Positions 50,915 to 63,553 of a stretch of DNA of 64,000 bases are shown here, one piece after another (the first letter of the stretch is position 1; every line of letters begins with the position of its first letter). The notes beneath the pieces were generated by a model. It saw nothing but the letters and a program-made list of their open reading frames with translations. It ran no database searches and had not been told where the DNA came from. The DNA is from Octopus bimaculoides (lineage: Eukaryota). The translations under genes were made by a program, and so were the position numbers. Where the stretch lies: NCBI RefSeq assembly GCF_001194135.2, contig NC_068981.1, positions 130,640,117 through 130,704,116 on the forward strand, written 5' to 3'.

Positions 50915-51060
50915 AGTGTGTGACCTAGTAGTTAGAATGTAGAGGTTCACAACCATAAAGTTGTGTGTTTAATCCATGGACTGAGTGGTACATTGTGTCC
51001 TTGAGCAAGGCACTTCATTTCCTGTTGCTTCAGTTGACTCAGCTGAAAAACGAGAACCAG
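50915..51060 (+). mobile_element. SINE family C fragment
   Basis: gtggtacattgtgtccttgagcaaggcacttcatttcctgttgcttcagttgactcagctg. Confidence 0.7.
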
Positions 51061-51839
51061 CTTAGTGTTGGTGTAACCCTCTTTCCGGATAGCTGCTCTA
51101 AAACAGATATTCTACTGGATCAAATCAAGAAGTAGGAATGTCGAGAGAATGTCTGGGTCTGCATATAATTACATAGGTATGGAAAACAATTAGCCAAAAC
51201 GTGGTACATGTTACCAAATTATGCTCACTTGCAGATGATGGTGTTGGCTTGGTTAGATATAGAAGTAAGTTATTTTTAAGTACAGTCCAAGTATTGATTT
51301 TGATTCCCAGTTGAATTTATTTCAATTGTCTCACAAGAGCCTTTGAAAAAGGCACAGGGCCTGAAATTTAGGATAAGGAAGTTAGTTGATTACATTGTCA
51401 CTTGTTCTATGTCTCCAGGATAGGGTGTCCGATGGGATCCCAACTGGGGTATTCAAGGTATGAAGGACAGGTTGTTGCCCATGAAGCATGTTCCTTCTTC
51501 TCCATGTGGATCCAAAGGAATAGTTTGGCTGCCACAGTCAGAGTAGACCAGCGCCTAAGAAGCAGTTCCTCAAAACACCGGAATTCCTGAATTAGGGCCC
51601 TGCAACTGGATGCAGTTTGAAATTTCCTTCAAGACATTGCCACTAATACTGCCAAATAACCTCCTTATATGGTGTGGCTATTAGAGAATGATAAGCATTT
51701 ACTCGAAAGCTAATCTACAGAAAAATAATGCTTCTTCAATCTCAGGAATTTAGAAGAACTTAAAAATAAAATTTCAAAGAATACAAAACAATAAATATGA
51801 GAAAGAAGAAATTTATCTTCAGAAACACACTAACATTTA

Positions 51840-52210
51840 TCTTTTATCAGTTACATGTTTCAGTCATTAGACTACAGCCATGCTGAGGCACCACCTCGAA
51901 TTTTTAGCTGAATGAATTGACCCCAGTACTTCTTTTTAAATCTGGTACTTATTCTATTGGTCTTTTGCTGAACTGCTAACTTACAGGGATGCAAACACAC
52001 CAACACTGGTTGTCGAGCAGTAGTGGAGGGACAAACACAGAAGAACACACACATACATATATATGGCAGGCTTCTTTCAGTTTCTGTCTACCAAATCCAC
52101 TCACAAGGCTTTGATCAGTCTGAGGCTATAGTAGAAGACACTTGCCTAAGGTGCCATGCTGTGAAACTGAACCCGGAACCATGTGGTTGGAAAGCAAACT
52201 TCTCACCACA
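51840..52210 (-). mobile_element. CORE-like SINE (family A)
   Basis: catgtttcagtcattagactacagccatgctg...cacttgcctaaggtgcc...ccatgtggttggaaagcaaac. Confidence 0.88.
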
Positions 52211-55181
52211 TGAGACTAGAATTGTTGATAAAGCAAAAACACAATGTTGTCATGGCAGCTTGATTTGAAGTTGTTTCAATGACAGATAATTCAACTTACA
52301 ACCTTCACAGGTTCAGATGTTTTCCCTGTGTGTGTGTGTGTTTGCATGTGTGTGTGTGTGTGTGTGATACAACATGATGGTGCAATTCTTATGACCTTAT
52401 CTCTGACACTACATCAAACAAAGTCATTGAGCAAAACAGTGAACATGACAATATAATGTAGTTTTGCTTGCTATATAAGCACAGCATAAATATTAGACAG
52501 AAAAACTGTCAAGATGACCGGGTCACTAAACAAGATAACAAAAATTTGACTGTCTGGCAGATGATACTGTTGCAAAGTTGTTACAAACAGATTAAATGAT
52601 GGAACAAATCTATCAAGGCCAAAAGATATTTTAATTGGAGAAGAGAAAGTTGAAGTAAGCAGACAGAAACTGTGCTGAAACCTGTTGTGTGCATGTGTGT
52701 TTATGTCCATATAAATTGGTGCACCAAGTTATCTCTCCTTATGCACCCCACCCCACTAGGAAAAAAACTTTAAGGTGTTACCCCCACAATCTAGTGACTG
52801 AAACCATCACCAGGATTTAAAGCTGAAATTGGTTAAACGGTTTGACAGGACCCAGCAAGCCAAAGAGCTGCATCGAGCTTCATTGTCAAGCTTTGATATG
52901 GTTTCTACAGCTGGATGTCCTTGTTAACACCAACCACTTTACAGTAAGCACTGGAAGCATTTTTTTTTTTTTGTAGTGGTGAGGTTAATTTTTCTGTTCA
53001 TCCTTAATGATTGCTATTAAATAAAGTAACAGTCAAGTATTGGGGCTGATGTAATCAACTCTATTCCACCTCAAAGTTTGTGATCTTATGCCTAATTTAG
53101 AAACAACTATATACAAAGCATTCTGTACAGTAAAAATTTCCATGCATCTTGAACTGCGAGCACCAGGCTCTAGTCTGATTTAGCTTGGTTTCTACAGCTG
53201 GATCCCTTCCTAATGCCAACCACTCTACAGAGTGTACTGGGTATCTTTTACATGTCACCAGCATTTTAGAGAATATTATCCATGTGTTTGTTTGTTGTTT
53301 TTTTTTCTAATTTTAAGATGGCAATGTGCAGTTTGATGAAGACTTAGCTGCTACTTCTAGCAAGTTCAGTCATCATGTAAAGCAGGCTTGGGCAACCTTT
53401 TTTCAAGAAGTGGGCTGCATGAAACACGTTTCATTGTCAAGCAGACTGCACTACTAAAATATTCAGGATAATTTTTCATTGTGTGCCATTTAGAATGTCT
53501 TGTGAGCTGCAGTTTACCCATGGCTAAATGTAGAGGTTCTGTCACTGGCTTGTTAGGAAAACTGACATAAGGTACATTTTTCCTATTTTAAACTTGTAGC
53601 GCATAGTTCAAAACTGCCAGTTGGCTAGTGTATCCTTTCCAAAAGGATCCAAGAATCATCTAGAGTTCAATCTTCTAGTAACACTTTCAACAGTATGAAA
53701 ACTGACATTAACCCTTTTGCATTTAAATTGATCATATATAACCAAAATATTCTGTCTGGTTTTTACTCAAACAGATCCAGCTTCTCACATGTAACCTACA
53801 ATGTCATTGTAAAAACAAGAAAATTGCAGCAAAGCTGCGTGATAGTGGTGTCAGACATGACATACAGACCATCATATAACTTGTTTGACTTTGCGTTTTT
53901 CATTCTTCTCTTCCATTTTATTTTGACATGCGCATTACATGTTCTCTATTTTAGAAACTTTTCCTTACCAACATAGAATTTATAAACTTTGGAGAGAGTG
54001 TAAAAAAAATCTTTTTTGGAACAATGGATCTTGAAGCACATAAAGCTATATGTATTAATTATTGTTTTTTTCACATTGGAAGAAGACCAAACAGTTTATG
54101 AAGCTGTAGTCAATTATTGACTGCCACCAGCAATACCTATTCAATTCTTAAATTATTGACCCAGGAGGAATGAAAGCTACAGGCTATAGCGGACACTGCC
54201 ATGCGATTTGAACTAAGGATGTTGAGACCTGAAATTAAACACTGATTGTCATTTCATTTAGTCTAATTCTTAACTGCTTCTTCCTATTTCAGTTGCCTTA
54301 AAAAAATAAAATTAAAAAAACAGCAAGAAAAAAATGGTGAGTTGGCAGAAACATAAGAGTGCCAAACTAACAGACTAATAATTAATAGTATTCTATTTCA
54401 TCCCAGCAACGCACTGAGTTGAAATCCCATAGGGTAGAGTTTGCTTTACCTGTTTCCAGAATCAATGGATGAACCAATATAGAATGAGAATAAATCTGTC
54501 AACTATAGGCCATCTTGTGAAAATTATTCCTGTGTCTTATTTAGTAACAAAAAACCCCCCACCATAATTACAAATAAAATGAAACAAAAAAAAAAAAAAC
54601 CCTTGATACTAAATTAATATGTTCTTATAATATATTAATAAATAATTTCATTAAAGTTAATTACTCGAGGCAACATCTACTTGAAAAGCAATAGCTAAGT
54701 TAGTGTGAAAATATTTAATGCAGGGAGCATCAACAAATCAGAGATAGTTCTATGTAGCAGTAGTCTGCATTTTGAAGTAGAGAGAGAGAATGCAGCTAAG
54801 ACACAATGTGAATGAAAACTTATGAATCAGGATGACACTACTGCTGCTTTCTGTCAGTCTGGCTGGTTGGTTGTATGTCTCCCAAAAGCCGTCATAGTGG
54901 TGTATCTCCTGCCTCACAGCAGGTTGTAATGTGCACAGAACAAAAGTTTGCAACAGTCACTCTGTAACAACAACAACAATATAATACCCATCCACTCCCT
55001 TTGCAGTTGTGCTGCTGTTGCTGCCACAAAGTTGATAATTAATCATGTATAAAACAATTACATAAAGGTCTGGGTAATTTTCATGGATAAAATAATATTC
55101 CTTATGCTCTCCACACTTCCATTTACAATACCGCACACACACATATAGAAATACAAAAAAATTTTGAATATATACATACAT

Positions 55182-55550
55182 AGGCGCAAGTGTGGCTGTG
55201 TGATAAGAAGTTTGCTACCCAACCACACAGTTCTGGGTTCAGTCCTATCGTGGTACCTTGGGCAAGCGTCTTCTATTATAGCTTCAGGCTGACTAAAGCC
55301 CTGTGAATGGATTTAGTAAACTAAAAGAAGCCTGTCTTATATTTATGTATATATCTAATATTTCGTATGTGTTTTTGCATTTGTCTGCTATAACCAGTGT
55401 TGGTCTGTTTACATCCCAATAGTTCAGCCAAAGAGACCAACAGAAAAGGTACCAGATTCAAAAAGAAGTACTGGGGTAGATGTGTTCGACTAAGCCTTTC
55501 AAGGTGGTGTCCAAGCATGGACACAGTCCAATGACTGAAACAAGTAAAAG
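55182..55550 (+). mobile_element. CORE-like SINE (family A), full length
   Basis: aggcgcaagtgtggctgtgtgataagaagtttgc...gactgaaacaagtaaaaga. Confidence 0.9.
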
Positions 55551-55557
55551 ATACATT

Positions 55558-55608
<51 letters not shown>

Positions 55609-55629
55609 GTGTGCGTGTGAGTGTATGTG

Positions 55630-56010
55630 TATATGTGCTTGAGAAGATCCGTCAAGCCAAGTGCAATCATAGTTGTGGCCAATGTGTCATGTACCTGGCA
55701 CTTGTGCTGGTGGTACATAAAAGGCACCCTTTGAACTTTGGACCTCATGGAGGCAGTGACTGAGACCTTTGGTAATACACCATGCTTGAGAAGACCTGTC
55801 AAGCCAAGTGAGATCGTAGTCATGGCTGATGCCAGTGACACATAAAAAGCACCCACTACACTCTTGGAGTGGTTAGTGTTAGGAAGGGTATCAAGCTGTA
55901 GAAACCATGCCAAACCAGATTGGAACCTGGTGCAGCTCCCCAGCTTACCAGTTTTCAGTCAAACCATCCAATCTATGCCTGCATGCAAAATGGATGTTAA
56001 CTGATGATGG
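55630..56010 (+). mobile_element. RTE LINE 3' end with duplicated ORF terminus
   Basis: Two copies of tgcttgagaaga(t/c)c(c/t)gtcaagccaagtg (about 55636 and 55783), then the standard tail ending ttaactgatgatg. Confidence 0.8.
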
Positions 56011-57017
56011 TATATTAGAAACATGAAAAAATACAAATATATAGACAAAACAAAGAACCAAACAAGAACACTAGTCACAATAATGATATGCAAGAAAGGC
56101 AGCACAAGATGGCTCTGTCTTATTTTCAGCATAATAATAATATACATGAAAACAAGACAGCCTTGTAGCCTATCATGGATATTACAAATGAGTGAAGAGG
56201 AGTAAACAAATGATCAAACCCCAGTACATTACTGCTACTAGCTAATAGAAGCAATAATAATCATTACTAGGAATCTGTAGTAATTGCAATAACATCTGCA
56301 CTAATGATAATGATTATTACAGTAATAATATATAATAGTTAAAATGTTAGAAATCTGAGGGAAAGATATAGTTGATTATGTAAGGTATCAGTACCTGATA
56401 GGTACTTACTTTATCAAATCATTTCCTCACTCTGAGAATAGAATAAAAAGCAAAGTTGACCTTACTGGGTACTGAAGACTTTACCAGTTCTAGCATTTAG
56501 TGCCACAACAAGAAAAAATATTTTTTACACAGGCACAAGACCAAATACTTTACAGGAAATGGGTGGGAGGTGGGCATTAATTAAATCAACTTCCCCCAAC
56601 AAATTTGACTAGTTTTATATTTTATGGAGTGGGAAATAAAAACAGATGATGTTGATTTCAGTGAGATTTAACAGCAACAAGAACAGCAGCCATCTCATCA
56701 TCAACGGTAGTGTCACACAGAAATAGAAAATTATATACTTTACTACCATTTCCCTTTTTTCTATTAGATGGCAAGCTTCCATGTCAATAATCAAGAAATA
56801 TGAAAGCAAAACACTTCTAGCAGAAAAGCAAAGATTAAACAATAGACAACAACAGCTAAAAAGAGCATTAATAAAAAGAAAAAAATTCCAGACATAATGT
56901 ATAAATTTGAAGTAAAACAGCCAAAATTGTTTTCAAAAAACAAAATGAACATACACAGATGATCAATGGAGTGCATGTGTGAGTCTCTGTTCTATATTTA
57001 AGAGATGAGGAATTATG

Positions 57018-57321
57018 TACATTATTTACATTTGATGGATATTTGCCCTCATCTTGTTTGTTGTTAACACAATGTTTTGGCTTATATACCCTCCAGCCTT
57101 CATCAGGTGTCTTGGGGAAATTTCAAACCTGGGTTCTCATTCCTAAGGTATTTTTTGATATTATTATTATTACAACAACAGCGTCGTCATAGAATACGTT
57201 AGGAATGAGAACCCAGGTTCAAAGTTTCCCCAAGACACCTGATGAAGGCTGGAGGGTATATCAGCCGAAACGTGTTAACAAACAAGATGAAGACAAATAT
57301 CTGTCAAATGTAAATAATGTA
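57018..57321. mobile_element. Palindromic element with two inverted hammerhead-like cores (Penelope-type inverted pLTR)
   Basis: Arms 57018-57146 and 57199-57321 are inverted copies around a 52-nt loop. CTGATGA-A-GGCTG..CAGCC-GAAAC lies on + at 57239-57271, with a mutated equivalent on - ending at 57106. Confidence 0.85.
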
Positions 57322-57374
57322 AATGTGTGAGTCTGTACAGGAATTTTATATGTATTGACTAGTACCCAGTACAT

Positions 57375-57525
57375 ACTGTAAAGTGGTTGGTGTTAAGAAG
57401 GGCATCCAGCTATAGAAATCATGCCAAAGCTGATATGGAACATAATGTAGCCCTGTGGCTTGCTGGATCCTGTCAAACTCTCCAGCCCATGCTAGGAAGG
57501 TGGGAAGGTGATGCTAATTGATGAT
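57375..57525 (+). mobile_element. RTE-type 3' tail fragment
   Basis: gtggttggtgttaagaagggcatccagcta...ccagcccatgctagg...gatgatg. Confidence 0.7.
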
Positions 57526-57621
57526 GACTGAGTTCTCTATGCAATATGTGTATACTGAATTATTTTTCCACTATTTGCTTCACAAAAATCAAAATCAGCA
57601 TAGGAATACACAATAGATATA

Positions 57622-57652
<31 letters not shown>

Positions 57653-57672
57653 CATAGAGACACACAGACAGA

Positions 57673-57824
57673 CATAGTGACACTATTCATGTTTAAGTTT
57701 ACATTAGGACAAGAAGCACTGTTGTTTACCTTACGTCACCATGTCTCGTACCCCTGTAGTGTGAAAACATCTAATGTACTACATAATAATAATAATAATA
57801 ATAATGATAATAATAATAATAATG

Positions 57825-57857
<33 letters not shown>

Positions 57858-58073
57858 TGATTTGATCTTCACATTCTTTGAATTCACTAACCATATTTTT
57901 GGAATTTGATTAAAAAACATTCTCTTCCAAAATAGACTGGTTTCATGAACATTAAATATTTATTTTTGAAGAGGAGAATCCTTTAATTCTTGCTAATTGT
58001 AACACAGATTCTTGTGGTTTTCTTATCACTTGATCAACTGCAACAATTTTAAATACTGTACAAAGTTTCCATC
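57673..58073 (+). repeat. Local duplication, copy 1 (includes an (AAT)n tract)
   Basis: Colinear with 59571-60441 (ttcatgtttaagtttaca..taggacaagaagca...gtgatttgatcttcacattctttgaattcactaaccatatttttg...gtacaaagtttccatc). Confidence 0.9.
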
Positions 58074-58191
58074 CCAATGTGCATGCTCAAATGAGATTCC
58101 CCCCTTCCCTCCCCCAAGGGTGTACTGCTATCAGATGTAGAACGGTGCAGTAAAATGCATACATATTAGAGACTGTTTCCTCTCTGCAGAG

Positions 58192-58560
58192 TGGAGACAC
58201 AATCGCCCAGTGGTTAGGGCAGCGGACTCGCGGTTTCGATTCCCAGACCAAGCGTTGTGAGTGTATATTGAGCGAAAACACCTAGAGCTCCACGAGGCTC
58301 CGGCAGGGGATGGTGGCGAACCCTGCTGTACTCTTTCACCACAACTTTCTCTCACTCTTACTTCCTGTTTCTGTTGTGCCCGTAATTCAAGGGCTCAGCC
58401 TTGTCACACTGCGTCACGCTGAATATCCCTGAGAACTATGTTAAGGGTACATGTGTCTGTGGAGTGCTCAGCCACTTGCACGTTAATTTCACGAGCAGGC
58501 TGTTCCGTTGATCGGATCAACTGGAACCCTCGATGCCGTAAGCGACGGAGTCCCAACAAC
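58192..58560 (+). mobile_element. tRNA(Arg)-like SINE (family B)
   Basis: 12-bp TSD cctctctgcaga (58179-58190, 58564-58575); 14-nt deletion in the tRNA-like head. Confidence 0.93.
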
Positions 58561-59224
58561 ATGCCTCTCTGCAGAAGGTCACATGAATGATTAGCATGAA
58601 GTCACTTACACAAGATGTTTCAATTTCTTTGGCCCTTGGCCCTATGAGCTCCTCAAACTGTCTCTTATCCCACAACTACAATCATTGGTTTGGCTACTTG
58701 GAGCACGTGGATTACGTGCCAAACTCTCCAGTTAAGCACACTCTGCTTATTTGACACTTCTGTCACCTTATAGAGATCCCCAACACTTGCTTGACAGTCA
58801 TGACTTTTTCAGAAAATCAAAGCTCCACAATTCCCACCTTACCTATATGTTTTTCCTTCTTTTCCTGCAGATGTCAACTGCGAGTTGTTCAAGAGGAACA
58901 TCAGCTATGATGCATGAACTTATCTTGGAGTGTCTGTGATGGCCAAATTCACAGCAACTTCCTTCACACCAAACCCTTTACTCTTTAGTAAGAATATGAT
59001 GTGCATGTGTGAATAAAAATACACACGCACACTATAACAGCCTTCCTCCTGCACATATATTGTTATCTGTATATATATATACAGCTGTTCTATAGTCTAC
59101 ACAGTAGATTGGTTCTGCAAATCACCATGCAAGATGAAATTGTGCAAATCGAGGGAGATATTCCCTCTCTCACTCTCTGGGAGAGAGGCACAAGCACATA
59201 CACAGACATTTACACACACGACAC

Positions 59225-59445
59225 TAACTTCCGCCTACCAAATTCAATCACAAGGCTTCGGTCAACCCGGGGCTATAGCAGAAGACACTTGCCCAAGGTG
59301 CCACGCGGTGGGACTGAACCCGAAACCATGNNNNNNNNNNCCGGGGCTATAGCAGAAGACACTTGCCCAAGGTGCCACGCGGTGGGACTGAACCCGAAAC
59401 CATGCAGCTGGGAAGCAAGCTTCCTAACCACACAGCCATGCCCAT
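59225..59445 (-). mobile_element. CORE-like SINE (family A), 5' half, gap-duplicated
   Basis: gaagacacttgcccaaggtgccacgcggtgggactgaacccg appears on both sides of a 10-N gap. Confidence 0.88.
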
Positions 59446-59535
59446 CAGTATTAGGAAAACCCCCACAAAATTTAAACAATTATTTATTGAATTACAATAT
59501 GTGTGAGTGTGGAGAGCAAGTGGGCAGAGGAAGAA

Positions 59536-59570
<35 letters not shown>

Positions 59571-59710
59571 TAGTGCTTGCTACTGTTCATGTTTAAGTTT
59601 ACACTAGGACAAGAAGCATTGTTGTTTACATTATGTCACCATATCTCGTACCCTAGTAGTATGAAAACCGTCATCTAATGCATTACAACAACAACAACAA
59701 TAATAATAAC

Positions 59711-59759
<49 letters not shown>

Positions 59760-60162
59760 TTGTTGTTGGCACTCCGTCGCTTACGACGTCGAGGGTTCCA
59801 GTCGATCCGATCAACGGAACAGCCTGCTCGTGAAATTAACGTGCAAGTGGCTGAGCACTCCACAGACACGTGTACCCTTAACGTAGTTCTCGGGGATATT
59901 CAGCGTGACACCGTGTGACAAGGCTGGCCCTTTAAAATACAGGTACAACAGAAACAGGAAGAAAGAGTGAGAGAAAGTTGTGGTGGAATAATACAGCAGG
60001 GTTCGCCACCATCATACATATTGTAATTCCCTTGCCGGAGCCTCGTGGAGCTTTAGGTGTTTTTGCTCAATAAACACTCACAACGCCCGGTATGGGAATC
60101 GAAACCGCGATCCTATGACCGCGAGTCCGCTGCGCTAACCACTGGGCCATTGCGCCTCCACC

Positions 60163-60214
<52 letters not shown>

Positions 60215-60441
60215 TGATTTGATCTTCACATTCTTTGAATTCACTAACCATATTTTTGAACTAGATTAAAAACATTCTCTGTAAGCATTCTCTTCCAGAA
60301 CATACTGGTTTCATTAACTATTAGATATTTGTTTTGAAGAGGAGAATCCTTTAATTTTAGCTAATTGTAGCACAAATTCTTGGTTTTTTTTTTATGACGA
60401 TCAACTGCAGCAATTTAAAATAAATGTACAAAGTTTCCATC
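59571..60441 (+). repeat. Local duplication, copy 2 (SINE inserted in its (AAT)n tract)
   Basis: Colinear with 57673-58073 once 59765-60160 is removed. Confidence 0.9.
59765..60160 (-). mobile_element. tRNA(Arg)-like SINE (family B), full length
   Basis: gttggcactccgtcgcttacgacgtcgagg...ccattgcgcctcca; carries an extra atacatattgtaatt (15 nt) near 60014. Confidence 0.95.
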
Positions 60442-60479
60442 TTAATTCATATAGCCATTTTATATGCACAAACAACTGT

Positions 60480-60930
60480 GCGCTTAGAAGCTTGCTGCAC
60501 AACCACATGGTTTCAAGTTTAATCCCTCAAAGTTCCACATTGAGCAAATGCTTTCTGTTGTAGCTCTCAGATGACTGCAGCCTTGAGAGTATTTGATAGA
60601 TGCCTGTCATATGTGTGTGTGTGTGTGTGTGTGTGTATGCGTATGGTGTAAATGTGTATGCGTATGGTGTAAATGTGTATGCTGGTGTCTCCTTGTCTTG
60701 ACATCGCATGACAGTGACAATCACATAAATGATTGTTACTGACATACAAACAGTGTCATTCATTCTCAATATTCCGAGAACAAGTCAGGCCATGGGAAAT
60801 ATTACTTTGCTTGGAAAACAGGTGAGATTTAGTGATAGGAAAGGCATCCAGTCATTAAAAAATGCCTTAATAAACTCTGTCCGACCCATGCAAGCATTGA
60901 GAAGCGAATGTTAAAATGATAATGATGATG
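60480..60930 (+). mobile_element. Composite SINE: family A-like head plus RTE-type (GAT)n tail
   Basis: gaagcttgctgcacaaccacatgg head; gtctccttgtcttgacatcgc body; gacccatgcaagcattg..gttaaaatgataatgatgatg tail. Confidence 0.65.
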
Positions 60931-61121
60931 TACGAATTTATATAGGTGAAATAAATATCAGAGTAACTGTGATCTATAAAGAAACAATAAGAATTACTTA
61001 GAGATATTGCAAACTCTTCTCCTGGTAGTAACTGAAGACACTGTCAAGTTGGAAGCCCTTCAATATCTTCAGTAGGTATCTCAGGGCTGCAATGGTTTTG
61101 CTCAAATATATATATACGTGA

Positions 61122-61157
<36 letters not shown>

Positions 61158-61159
<2 letters not shown>

Positions 61160-61551
61160 CTCTTTTACTTGTTTCAGTCATTTGACTGCGGCCATGCTGG
61201 AGCACCGCCTTTAGTCAAGCAAATCTACCCCAGGACTTACTCTTTGGAAGCCTAGTACTTACTCTATCGGTCTCTTATGCCGAACTGCTAAGTTACAGGG
61301 ACGTAAACACACCACCATTGGTTATCAAGCGATGTTAGGGGGGCAAACACAGACACACAAACATATATATATATATATATACATACATACGACAGGCTTC
61401 TTTCAGCTTCTTTCAGTTTCCGTCTACCAAATCCACTCACAAGGCTTTGGTCAACCTGAGGCTATAGTAGAAGACACTTGCCCAAGGTGCCACGCAGTGA
61501 GAATGAACCCGGAACCATGTGGTTGGTAAACAAGCTACTTACCACACAGCC
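61158..61551 (-). mobile_element. CORE-like SINE (family A), full length
   Basis: tactcttttacttgtttcagtcatttgactgcggccatgctggagcaccgcc...cttaccacacagcc. Confidence 0.93.
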
Positions 61552-61593
61552 AAATATACACATTTGCCTGCCTGCCTTATCTATCTATCTATA

Positions 61594-61818
61594 TACAGGG
61601 TGAATCAAAAGTAGCACCCAGTCACGCCTCTTTTGTTTGCCGGTTATTACTGACAGTTTTCAAAGTTACTAAATCTGGATCATGCATCAATTTGTTAATA
61701 CTCTTTGATATCCCAACCCATAGAACAAGAGTTAAGAGTCAAAAGTATCTCTCAGTTGAGAAGTCACACACATCAACTCTAAAACAGGAATTGGATGCTA
61801 CTTTTGACTCACCCAATA
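61594..61818. mobile_element. Tc1/mariner-type MITE
   Basis: TIRs tacagggtgaatcaaaagtagcaccca / ttggatgctacttttgactcacccaata. Confidence 0.8.
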
Positions 61819-61994
61819 CACACACAATGCTCAGCAACATTCCTTCTGATTTTATGCTATGATTTCAAATTTCACCAAGGTTGACATTGATTTTCACTCT
61901 TTCTGGGTCGATAAAATAAACACCAGTTGAGTACTGCAGTCAATGTAACTGACTAGTCCCCTAACCACAAAATGTCTGGCCTTGTGCCTACAGT

Positions 61995-62411
61995 AGAAAG
62001 AATATATATGTATATGTATGTATATATATATATATACATACATATATATATACATATATACACATATATATACATATATATATATNNNNNNNNNNTATAT
62101 ATATATATATACATATACATACATACAAATACATACATACATATATATACATACATACATACACACACATACATATATATATACATACATATATATGTAT
62201 GTATATATTACATATATATATATATACATATCACTTCCATTATAGCTTTGAAAAAAATTAGTTAAAATTGAACTGCACTCATGAAAACTTGCAGCAAGGA
62301 TAAGTACAAGGTAAAATTACTATTGCTTTTATAGCAAGTTGATGCAGGTAGTATATTCTGTACCACCCTGACTTGTAGTTCATGCGACTGAAATGCACTA
62401 TTTATGGGATG

Positions 62412-62449
<38 letters not shown>

Positions 62450-62472
62450 TATATATATACACACACACACAC

Positions 62473-62506
<34 letters not shown>

Positions 62507-62908
62507 GTATGTATAAATATATATATATACACACATACATATACATATATATACACATACAAGTACATATATGTATGTATATACATATATACATATATAT
62601 ACACATACACATATATGCACGTATATACATACATATACACACATATACATGTACATATGTGTATGCATATACATACATATATATACACACGTACATTTAC
62701 ATATATGCATAAATATACATACATATATACATGCACGTACATGTACATATATGCATGTATATACACACACACACACACTCACATACAAATACATGTAAAT
62801 ACACACACAAACAAATATGTGGATACATATATTTTTATATCAGAATGTATAAGCATAAATGGGTGTGTGTGTGCATATATATATATATATATATATTTAT
62901 TTATTTAT

Positions 62909-62943
<35 letters not shown>

Positions 62944-62980
62944 CACATAAACATACACAATTGTATATATAGCATATATA
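61995..62980. repeat. Compound (AT)/(AC)/(ATAC) microsatellite tracts
   Basis: Directly visible; source of the YIYI/HTHT pseudo-ORFs. Confidence 0.95.
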
Positions 62981-63161
62981 CAGGTATCAGTAGCTCTATT
63001 TGTGGCGCAACGCATTCTAAAAATATCATGACAGTCTGAAAATGGTATGGACTAGCCTGGACAAAATTTCAAGCATATTAGTGATATACTCTTAAAAGCA
63101 GACATGCCTGTCTACATCTGGGACTTGTGCTGTGCTTGCATATATCCGTTTGTGCAAGCAA

Positions 63162-63163
<2 letters not shown>

Positions 63164-63252
<89 letters not shown>

Positions 63253-63263
63253 TGTGTGTGTGT
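63164..63263. repeat. (GT)n microsatellite, ~100 bp
   Basis: Directly visible. Confidence 0.97.
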
Positions 63264-63466
63264 GGGGGGGGGTATAGTTAGCTGTAAACGTACTTACATA
63301 CGAGTATTTTTGTGACTAGCATATATATACGTATATGTATATATATAGATATATATATATCTATATATATACATACAGACGCATGCAAGTATGTCAGTGG
63401 ATAAATGAGGGTGGAGAGGTTTGTACTAAATTTTGAGCGAGTTGTGTATGTAAGCATGTATGTGTG

Positions 63467-63550
<84 letters not shown>

Positions 63551-63553
<3 letters not shown>

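Noticed and set aside
58850-58940. Strong plus-strand acceptor tttttccttcttttcctgcag|A at about 58871
   Set aside because: All three frames stop within about 70 nt, no donor was found, and the region looks like a decayed minus-strand LINE remnant.
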